From Lama glama (Eukaryota): DNA of 64,000 nt. How positions within the stretch are numbered: position 1 is the first letter of the stretch; each line of letters begins with the position of its first letter. Of this stretch, positions 53,976 to 64,000 are shown in pieces. The position numbers and the translations under genes were made by a program. The notes under the pieces are model-generated. The model was not told where the DNA came from. It saw only the letters and a list, made by a program, of their open reading frames with translations, and searched no databases. The stretch spans positions 25,546,001 to 25,610,000 of the forward strand of contig CM052816.1 of the NCBI GenBank assembly GCA_028534125.1, in the 5' to 3' direction.

Positions 53976-56363
53976 TTAGCCAAAAGGAAAACTAGCCAAA
54001 TTACAGATTTCCCAAATACTTGTTTTTTACTATCTGCTTAAAGTTTATAGCAAAGTTGTTAGGGAAATTTCAATAGTCTTTAAGGCTTTGTTTTGAAGCT
54101 TCAGTTTATATTTAGGTTTAGATTTAATTTAAGCTTGTATTTAACCACAGCCATTCATCCAGGTGATATGCAGTAGGTTTGTTATTCCCTCAAACGTGGA
54201 TGCCGATTCTGTATATGATTCACATTTCAAATGCTAAGCCTTCTCAAATTTTTGAAACATACACAATATAATCTTTGAATTGAGCTCAATAAAAATATCT
54301 GTGAATTCTGAGAGATACAAAAAGCAATGGATTCTGTTGTATATGTTTTAGCGAAATCCACTTGATCGTTTATAAAATACTTGACATCAAGATATACACG
54401 ATAGTTGTAATTTAAAACACACTAACAATGGGCCTTTCCAAAAGCCATAGACCAAAAGTACAGAAAAATCCAGACATTAATAAGCTTTTCCTGGCCACAG
54501 TAAAATGTTTGCCGCCAAAATAAAACTAAACAACGTTAGAGCTTCTCAACAGTCAAATAAAATGTCACAGAAATCTTTGAAACCTGTTAAAACCATTCCT
54601 TTCCATGGGAATTTCCTAAAGCTTAATAAATAGATATAAGAAGTAGCTTTTTGTAAAATAGTGAGTTTGGTAAATTAGGCATTTGATGACAGCCAATCGG
54701 GCAAACAATGAAGTATGCAGCTCACACCAGGCCTGATTCAGAGCACTGGATTATAACCACACTTCTTGGGAAGGATGCTTCATCTGCAGCCAATGTGAGA
54801 ATGTGGTTTGGATGTGTGCCCTGAGAAAGCTTTCTTTACCCAGGAACATATAACTAGGGCATATATAAGTGAGACAGAAAGTAAATTGTGCGCAAAGAAT
54901 TGCACAGAGAAGAATGGGTAGTCCATGGTGGCAGGGAGAGGCCTATTGGGGGCAGAATCTTGTGTGTGTAGAGGGAACAGAGTATTGGCAACATCTAGCA
55001 GAAGCAGCGGGATCAGAATTTTCCTTAGAGGAACTGGGGGACCAGCTCCCCCAGACAGGCTTAAATGAGAATAAAAGCCTTGCTGATGAAAGTAATTATA
55101 ATTAAAACACTGGCTACGTTGTACCAAAAGGCAACTAAGTACTGGGGTTGGCTAGGGAAAAAGCAATTAAGGCTGAAACTTACACTAAACAATGTATTCT
55201 TAAAACCCAGAACTTAAAAATCGGAAGTGCTCAGTCTCACAAAACAATCCCAGCTGACTACGTATGCCTCTCCATTGCTTTCAACAGTCCTAGCTTTTAT
55301 TATCTAGGAAGAGGAATGGTAAATTCTTAACTTCATGATAGGCATTCAGTGCCTGCCAGATACGGAAAGAAGACAATACAAGATGAAAGGAAAGACAACA
55401 CATCACAACTGGGACACCTTCTATCTGAAGGGAAAGGATGGAAACTCAGGCAAATAAAATCTCAGGGCACGTGAGCTCGAGGAGTGCATTTGATGTAGCT
55501 TTTTAGTATTGAGGTTTTCTTGAGTCCCACTGACTATATGATGACAGAACAGAATGAATGTGGGATTTTCCTAAAGGAAGCAGTGTGCTGTGATTCGTTT
55601 TCTTGCACGCTGGTGGCCGTGTTGGACTGAAGTTCAGCCACAAAGCCACTGAGGCTGGGAGATGCTGGCTGCAGGGCACATGCCAAGTCACCTAGTGTGG
55701 AATCATCACAACAGCCCTGGCAGGTGAAGTGTGGCTCCAGTTTACAGACAGGAGACGTGGACTTCACAGCACTTGTTAGACACATTGCTAGCCAATGACA
55801 CTGATATTTCATGGTACTTTGCTAGTTCACTGTATCTACTACATTCTCTTTGCTACAGTAGAACTCAAAATAATGAAAACAAATGGGATTTGTGCCCCCT
55901 CCATATTTATCTGCATTTTATCTATTCATTTTCCCTGGGCCTTTACATTTCCAGATAGGATAGCTGCAGCTTATATCTTACATGACGGTCACAATCAAAA
56001 CATTTTCCTACTTCTTTTTCATTATTTGGGATTTCTAGATACTTCAAATATTACTGCATATTCTAGGTATGAAATATTAGACTTTGTAAGGTATACTGTT
56101 TTGCTTTATAATATTTTTTTAAACGGAAGAAAGGAGGAAAGGAAGGAAGGAAGAAAGAATGGGAAGGAGGGGAAAAAAAAAAGAAAGGAAGTGAGAAAGT
56201 TCCCCTAAATAATGACAGGTCTTTGTACAGATGCGGCTAGGAGTGAGGAGACCCAGCACAGGCTCAGCACTGCACTGAAGCTGTCACTGCATTTATGCAA
56301 GATGCTAGAGTGACATTGATTTCTTTCTCTGTAGCCCAAACTTCAGGCTCTGAGTCTTCCTTC

Positions 56364-56893
56364 TGCTGCTGAAAAATAGGTTCTTGCCTTGCTTAGGAAA
56401 GAATTCAAGAGTAGGGCATAATAAAGTGAAGGCAAGTTTATTTTGTGATATACACGCTCCATAGACAGAGTGCAGGCCATCTCATAAGGTGAGAGGGTGA
56501 GAGGCCAAGAGGTGTGGGGTGGTTAAAGGAAAAGTAGATACATACACCATGGATAAAGTGCAGGCTGTCTCAGAAGACAAGTGAGAGAGTGACCACGTGG
56601 TGCAGGGTTGTTAGTTTTTATGAGCTCAGTAACTTCATATGCTAACAAGTAGGAGGATTATTACAACTATTTTAGGAAAGAGATGCGGACTTCCAAAAAT
56701 TGGGACCCCGCCCACTTTTTGACCTTTTCTGATCAGCCTATGAACTGTCGTGGTGCCTGTCGGAGTGCTGTGAGGCTCAAGGTCTACTGCAAGTTGAATC
56801 TTCCACTATCTTGGTTCTAAGCAGTTTGTCCTGTCCTCCACTGCCATGTAATTTCTACAATGGTTATACCCTGCCCCCTTCCCTCTTGTCTCA
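56364..56893 (-). mobile_element. ERV1-class solo LTR (family A, copy 2)
   Basis: tgctgctgaaaaataggttcttgcc...cttgtctca; 4-bp flanks cttc/catc; homologous to 3834-4428. Confidence 0.85.
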
Positions 56894-57007
56894 CATCCAA
56901 CTCTGAGTCTTCTTCTCCATGTACCCTGGGAGGACATGTGGTCCACTTCACTTCCATACTTGTAGGGAAAGATGCAGCTGCATGACAAACCTGTGTAAAA
57001 GCTTCTC

Positions 57008-57604
57008 TTTATCATTCATGGACTTCTTAATGACAGCCATTCTGACTGGTGTGAAGTGATACCTCATTGTAGTTTTGATTTGCATTTCTCTGATAATTAG
57101 CAATATTGAGTATTTTTTCATGTGCCTACTTGCCATTTGTATGTCTTCATTGGAGAATTGCTTGTTTAGGTCTTCTGCCCATTTTTGGATTGGATTGTTT
57201 GTGTTTTTATTATTAAGCTGTATGAGCTGTTTATATATTCTGGAAATTAAGCCCTTGTCAGTCGTATCATTTGCAAATGTTTTCTGCCTTTCTGTAGGTT
57301 GTCCTTTTGTTTTGCTTATGGTTTCCTTTGCTGTGCAAACGCTTATAAGTTTAATTAAGTCCCATTTGTTTATTTTTGCTATTATTTCTATTGCCTGGAT
57401 AGACTGCCCCAGGAGAACATTGCTAAGATTTATGTCAGAAAATGTTTTGCCTGTGTTTTCTTCTAGAAGATCTAGTGTCTTGTCTTATGTTTGAGTCTTT
57501 AAACCATTTTGAGTTTACTTTTGTGTATGGTGTGAGGGAGTGTTCTAACTTTATTAATTTATATGCAGCTTCCAGTTTTCTCAACACCACTTGCTGAAGA
57601 GACT
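57008..57604 (-). mobile_element. Inverted 5' segment of a young L1 (decayed ORF2 C-terminal region)
   Basis: Minus-strand translation [39 protein letters not shown] is L1 ORF2 sequence. Confidence 0.95.
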
Positions 57605-58373
57605 AAACAATAAATGCTGGGGAGGGTGTGGAAAAATGGAACCCACTTACTCTGTTGGTGAGAATATAGTTTAGTGCAGTCATTATGGAAAACAGTATGG
57701 AGATTCCTCAAAAAACTAAAAATAGACTTACCATATGATCCAGCAATCTCACTCCTGGGCATATATCTGGAGGGAACTCTAATTTGAAAAGATACATTCA
57801 CCCTAATGTTCATAGCAGCACTATTTACAATAGCCAAGACATGGAACAACCTAAATGTCCATTAGTAGATGGCTGAATAAAGAAGTTATGGTATATTTAT
57901 ATACTACTCAGCCATAAAAAAGAAATAATGCCATTTGCAGCAACACAGGTGGACTTGGAGATCATCATTCTAAGTGAAATAATCCAGAAAGAGAAAGAAA
58001 AATACCATATGAAATCACTCATATATGGAATTAAAAAAAAAAAACCACAAATGAACTTATTTACAAAACTGAAAGACTCACAGATGTATAAAACAAATTT
58101 ATGGTTAGCAAGAAGGAGAAGGGGTGAGAAGGGATAAATTGGGAGTTCGAGATTTGCAGATACTAACTACTAAATATAAAATAGACATACAATCAATTTC
58201 TTCTGTATAGCACAGGGAACTATATTCTATATCTTATAGTAAACCATAATGAAAAAGAATATGAAAATGAATATATGCATGTGTATGTGTAACTGAACTA
58301 TTATGCTGTACACCAGAACTTGACATAACATTGTAAACTGACAATATACTTAAACCAAAAAAAAAAAAAAAAA
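57605..58373 (+). mobile_element. Forward 3' segment of the same L1, with poly(A)
   Basis: Runs from 'aaacaataaatgctggggagggtgtgg' through the 3'UTR 'gggataaattgggagttcgagatttgcagatactaactac' to an A17 tail. Confidence 0.95.
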
Positions 58374-60191
58374 TGCTGGTCTCTAGAGAAGATCCCTTGT
58401 GGTGCTTAAACATGCCTTAGTTAGCAGTGTTTCTTAACTCATTGTTGGGAAAATTGTTCATTTCCTTAAATCTTTTCCCTTTCAGATTAACTCCATTTCT
58501 TCTGATTCTGTTCTTGGAATACAGTTGTAATACGACTGCTGACACTTTTCACATATTCTAGATATTAGTCCTCATCTGAAGATAGTGAAGGTCTTTCTTC
58601 ATTAGATATGTTAAAGTTGTAGAGGTTAAACATTGTTATAGTTCCTTTGTAAAGATCCATATTGCAAGATGATCTTTTTAATCGAAAGTATTGACCTGTA
58701 CCACTCTGAAGATATCAGGCATAACTGTCAAAATTTCATAGGCAGTTAATTTTTTTAGTGATATAGCTGAAAAAATGACATGAAAAAAATAATCAAATAA
58801 GATTAGTATAAAATTCCAAAGCACTCATTATTTAAAAGTCTAATTCAGATCAGTGGGGCTGAAGTTCATATACATTTTATTTGGTTTTTTTCTGCTTTCT
58901 ATGAAGTTTTAAAGGAGTCAGACAGAGGTCCAAGGAGAAAAGGAAGCATTTGATTTTTTTTTATTTTTGTGTATATATCTCATAAGTTGCAAAATAATCA
59001 AATTTGGTTTTCAAAAAATAAACACTTACCCATGAGAGTTTTAAGAGAATAAATAACTTATTTTAGTATCAAACCTAATTAACTAGAAGCTTTTTATCAA
59101 GCTTTCTTTTTTTTTTTTTTTTGAAATATAATTCCTTGTCATAAAATTGGTATTATCTCCCTTTCAGGCAATAAAGAAAATAAATCCAAGATTTTCCATT
59201 TTCTCTTTTTTAATTTTTTTATACTTTATCCTCTCAAGAAATACAGTGCCTCTGTTTAGGAGAGATGCCTAGTCATTTTGTCTCTTTAGTCATTGTGATT
59301 ACTTTTCTGGTTTTATCTACATGTCTAATGGCACCGAACTCTCTTCTTAATAGTAAAATGTTCAGGCCCTCATCCTTTTTTCAGAATCCATTTCATCAGC
59401 TTGAAATGAATGCAAGGAAAGAGTGCCAGGGCTCTTTGAACACCCAGGAGCCACTTTGTAACTTCCCATCCACAATTAGAGCCTCTCAGGAAAGCCCTTT
59501 GGTACTGGCCTCAGCCCTTGGCTTCACCTATCTCCTACAAGACCGGGGCTTCTTGGGCGAGCAGCAAATCTTAAAACAGCTCTTACCAAGAATTTCTCTG
59601 GTGATGTTGATAGCCACTCAGTTTTAAAAGGCTGAAATAAAGGAGACAACTGCTTGGCTAAGTCAATGTCCCTTGACTCTTCCCAGCTCCTCCATCCATG
59701 CCCATTAATAAGAGCTCATGGTAGACTCCTAGCAGCTGGTGGAAGAGACATGAGTCTATGTTAGTATGAAGGGAAGGGAGAGAAGAGAAAAAAAGAAAGA
59801 AGATGTGGTTCACACTGGCAAGTATGAGAAAGGTCAGCTGGCAACAGCACTTGATTTTGACACCCAGGCTCCACTGTCAAAGGACTATGTGGCATGTCCT
59901 TGCTATAGGCACCGTTAACAATCTTGTTGACTGTGAGTCAGTATATGACAAAAGGGTTTGAAACACGTCTAGCTGGTTGTGGTTAATGTGAGCTCCTCAG
60001 AGGCTTCCAGAAAGGCTAGGATCAGCTTGGACCAATTGGACAGGGTTTGCCCAAGTTCTGAGTGGTCATCTTGACTGAACCAGAAGGACAGGAGCAGACT
60101 GGTCAAAACCAAAAGAATGTTGCAAAATAAATATTTTCCAGTTTAAATAAAAATGTTATTTCTACAAATTAATTAAGGATATTTTCTAATG

Positions 60192-60409
60192 GGGAGGGAT
60201 AAACCGGGAGTTTGGGGTTTGCAGATACTGACTACTATGCATAAAATAGATAAACAGCAAGGTCCTACTCTATAGCACAGGGAACCATATTCATTATCTT
60301 GTAATAGCCTATATTGAAAAAAGAATATATATGTATGTATAAATGAAAAATTATGCTATACACTAGAAATGAACACAACATTGTAAGTCAACTGTACTTC
60401 ACTTTTAAA
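60192..60409 (+). mobile_element. Cetartiodactyl-type L1 3' end, 5'-truncated
   Basis: Homologous to 58130-58350; 17-bp TSD aaggatattttct(a/g)atg at 60175-60191 and 60410-60426. Confidence 0.93.
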
Positions 60410-61559
60410 AAGGATATTTTCTGATGATATTCTTTGGTATTTGATAGTACTTCGTGAGTTACAATTCGATGACTGGTTTTACATAATAATTTTTTTAAAT
60501 ACTTGCCATCATGTGTTGTAAAACATATATGACTTGCATATATATTGAATTTTGTTTTTTATAGTCCTGATTCAACTTCTATCTCTTCTTCAGTAACTAA
60601 TTTCTTAATTAAGAGGTGCCCAAAAATGAGGAATGAAGTTAATAGGTGTACACCGTAGTCTTGAAACTTCTGTTTGGCACCACTCAACTGGCTGGTTAAC
60701 TTGCCTTTTTGTAAACTTTGGTGTCCTTCTAAGACTCTATAAATAATCATGACAATAGCTAATCAAAATAGATGTCATATCACAAAACCACAGCAGAGTT
60801 TAAACTGAGTTTAGCAAAATCAACAACTTTCTCACAAGACTGATGAACTGCAGTTACATATTTTCAACCAAAGCGTTTCTTGCAACCAGATAAGCAAGTG
60901 TCTTCCTGACATAGATGGATGAGAGCACACGTGCCAGAAGCCAGTGGAAAATAGAAGCTGTCATCTAGAAAATGACAGAGCCATTTCGAGTCCCTCTAGA
61001 TTAGCTCTCCATCTTCAGCTGAGCAGATATACTGTTAGCCGAAGGTCTATTGCCAGCAAATCAGAAGCAAGAGGCCAGAGCTCTACCCTTCTGAGATAAC
61101 TAGAATCATCAGAGGCTTAGAGGCAGAGAATGCCCATGATGACATCTCAGCTTTCTGGAAGGTTTGTGGCATAAAAAATGAAGCAAATAAGAGTTCTACC
61201 ATGTAGGTCAGCAAAAAAAAAAAAAAAAAAGAAAAGAAAAAAAATAAATCAATCTATTCCCTATAGAGACTTAACTCATGTTCCAAAACAGTGTGAGCTG
61301 GTGTAAACAGATTGTTTTTAATACCCTGCCTCATTCAAAATTGTCTGGCAGACAAATACCTGATTATAACATCACAAACTTTGCTGCTTACCTTTATCTA
61401 AACAACTATTTGGAAATTCATCTTCTCTGCCTGGTGTCACAAAATAAATACTGTCTCACTTTCTGACCAGTATCAAGGGAGGTAATTCTGAGGTTAAAAG
61501 GAAGGTCTGGAGTGCAGTGAATTTAGCGAGACAGATTTTCACATGCAGCTGGGTCTGCA

Positions 61560-61950
61560 TTTCGGTAAAAGCGTCCCTACCTTGTCTCAGAGCCCTCTGG
61601 GGGCTGTCTCTTTGTGACTGAGCTTAATGGCTGAGGATAATATGCTGCCCTCCGCGCGGTCCTCGGGCAGAGATGGAGCGCTGCTGTTCTGTTAATGGCT
61701 TGGCACCACGTGACACACTCTTTATAACACTTTCTAGGCCTCTGGGCGCAGCCAGCCCGGGCCTGGGCAGACTGCTGTCTCATGGTCAATCATTAGGGCA
61801 TCTCTGATTTCCGAGGATCCAGCTCAGGCACCACTGGGGAGGTCCGTTCAGAACCCTGCAGTCATGATGCCAGCTCCACGTCTGAGAGTGAAAGTCTCCA
61901 AGGACACCAATGGGCAGATCAGCACGTTTGCTGCAAAACAATAACCGCCT
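61560..61950 (-). promoter_or_regulatory. Candidate promoter or enhancer: local CpG enrichment, E-box, TATA-like box, CTCF-like motif
   Basis: About 15 CpGs in 400 bp against a CpG-poor background; CACGTG at 61707-61712; minus-strand TATAAA at 61721-61726; CTCF-like cagagccctctgggggctg at 61588-61606. Confidence 0.4.
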
Positions 61951-63844
61951 TATACACATCTTTCTTCATGGCTAGGGTTAGCAAGAGGGAGAAAAATTTG
62001 TTTTAAAGTGTTTGGAAGCTAAGAATAATAAAGAAACAAGCCATTCTCCCAGGGGAAGAAATGCCTGCCTTTCACTCTAACTTGGAGCTACAGGAGGACA
62101 GTTGGGTATAATTTAGGACTCTCTGGAATCTCATTACTCTTATCAGGCCTAGAGTTGTTCACAGATTTTTCTATTAATTTTATGAGCCAGATAAAATCCA
62201 GTTATATTGAGGAGACTAACTTCAGAAAGAAATATTTTTCTAACTACTTATTTTGTCTATAATGACCAAGTTATTCATCTTACGTTCATTGAAGTAAATT
62301 CCTATTTCTGTGTCATTATAATATGATTTCAGGTCTGTCAGGTCATATCACACAGAAGCTTCCTAATCCCCTCTCTCCCCAACTGTTTCTTTTTTATCAA
62401 TGACATTCCCCATGATAAGCATTCCGAAGGAATAGCTGTCGCTTCTCTCGTCAACTGAGTTTCGTCAGTTCTGAACACAGGGTCTTGCTTTGCCATTGCC
62501 AAGGTCTCTCTGAGGCCCCGAATCACAGCTGGCACTTCAATCAGAAATTCACACCATGAAGAAGCTGGCCGAAGGGCCCCAACCGACTCTGTAGAAGATA
62601 CATCATCTCCTTTCACAGCACGCAGTGGAATACACCTTTCGTTTTCTCACTGAGAATGACTGCATCATTCACAAGTCCTTTTTGACAAAAATTGTAATAA
62701 TACCCCAGCCTCCGAAGGGATGGGAACATTCTGGGATTTGAACTGAAGTGACCTTAGCTTGTCAGAATGATTTGACTCTAAGAAATACAACAGTGAATCC
62801 TGTTTTCTGTCATGGTTTTAAAATCTGGCATAGCAATAAACTTAAGGGCATTTTAGTTATGTGTATTATGATCAAATGTGTCAGTAAGGATACATAAGTA
62901 GAGGGTTTTTTAAAAGAAATATGTTTATATAATGGAATTGATATTCTTTCCCAATACGTGGTATAGTGTTTCTACATGATTTTTTTTTATCATTTTCAGG
63001 GATAGATTATAATGGAACCTCTTTAAGATAATACTTTTGATATTTAAAAAGTGTTTTATTTATATATGGGAGTGAGGATGAAGGAAAACATTTAGTGACC
63101 ATTTAGGAAGAGAAAATATTGCCAGTCTTGGCAGATGTGGTATTAAGATTTGAATTTCTAGCTGAAGTCAGCACGGAAAGTTAGCAGATAAATCTGAAAA
63201 TGGAAATGGAAGATGGTCACACATAATAAGAACTAAGAATTTGAAGTAAAATTCCCCTTCTTTGTTGTTAAGTTCTGTTTTCAAATTTTATGGTTTCCCC
63301 ATGGTACATGTTTAACAATTAATTTTCTAAGTTGTAACTCATTCAAAGAAAATAAGCCTTCTTCAAATACTAATACAGGCTGAATCTAAATATGCCAAGT
63401 GAGGCAGAAAAGTGGTAGATCAGATGCCCAAAAAGTCACTTTGATCTCAGTTATCCAGACACTGTTTCAAGAATCATTTTGTGTGGCTAAAGAGCATGTA
63501 ATCTCGTCTCCAAGAAAATCCGAGAACATCACCGTCTCCTAGGAAAACCAGCCTTTCACATTATACTATCTTCCATTCTTAATCAAAGCAGAGCCCAGGG
63601 TTACAAACATATTCATCCAGCATCTTACGGGTGAGATCTATATTTATCCAGATTTCATGGATCATTACTTATATTATTGTTATGCGTGGCAGAAATGGAG
63701 CATTTTGTGTACCACATTTTGTGAACATGGGTGTTTTAACAATGAGAAATGACTATTTTTGTAAAGATACTCTAACAGTTACCAAATATGTGTTTCTGTA
63801 TCACCGCATCTGAAACTAGACAGAAACCAACAATTAAAAACATA

Positions 63845-64000
63845 ATCAGAGGTTCTAGGAGAGGGAAAATGGGGGGTTATTGTTTAATGGGCATAGAGTT
63901 GCAGGTTTACAAGATGAAAAAGTTCTGGAGATGTGTTATACAACAATGTGAATATACTCACCACTATTAAACGATACACTTAACATGGTTAAGATGGTAA
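63845..64000 (+). mobile_element. L1MA/MB-type 3' end, cut by the window edge
   Basis: 'tgtttaatgggcatagagttgcaggtttacaagatgaaaaagttctggagat...aacaatgtgaatatact'. Confidence 0.85.

Noticed and set aside
56948..58137. ORFs as host genes or an active L1
   Set aside because: They are fragments or antisense readings of a truncated, rearranged L1 ORF2 and 3'UTR.

Overview
This window is AT-rich, CpG-depleted non-coding DNA from a placental mammal (intergenic or deep intronic). I can support no protein-coding gene, RNA gene or CRISPR array. The ORF-track hits are chance ORFs, apart from decayed L1 ORF2 pieces at 57.0-57.9 kb. Much of the window is interspersed repeats: L2 and MIR, old L1M 3' ends, MaLR/ERVL/ERV1 solo LTRs, hAT-type MER elements and microsatellites. 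It also holds five younger L1 insertions with a cetartiodactyl-type 3' end. I saw no Alu, B1, SINEC, PRE-1 or Bov-A SINEs, so a camelid is my best guess for the host (inference). Repeat family names come from recalled consensus sequences, and boundaries are approximate unless a TSD or terminus is quoted. I found no convincing novel biological system. The best leads are: (1) a CpG-enriched minus-strand TATA, short exon and splice-donor module at about 61.6-61.8 kb; (2) an element at 53.8-54.7 kb with a degenerate 15-bp-period array at one end and inverted copies at the other; (3) a twin-priming L1 inversion; (4) two pairs of related solo LTRs that differ in internal structure; (5) several repeat-free, motif-rich candidate enhancers.
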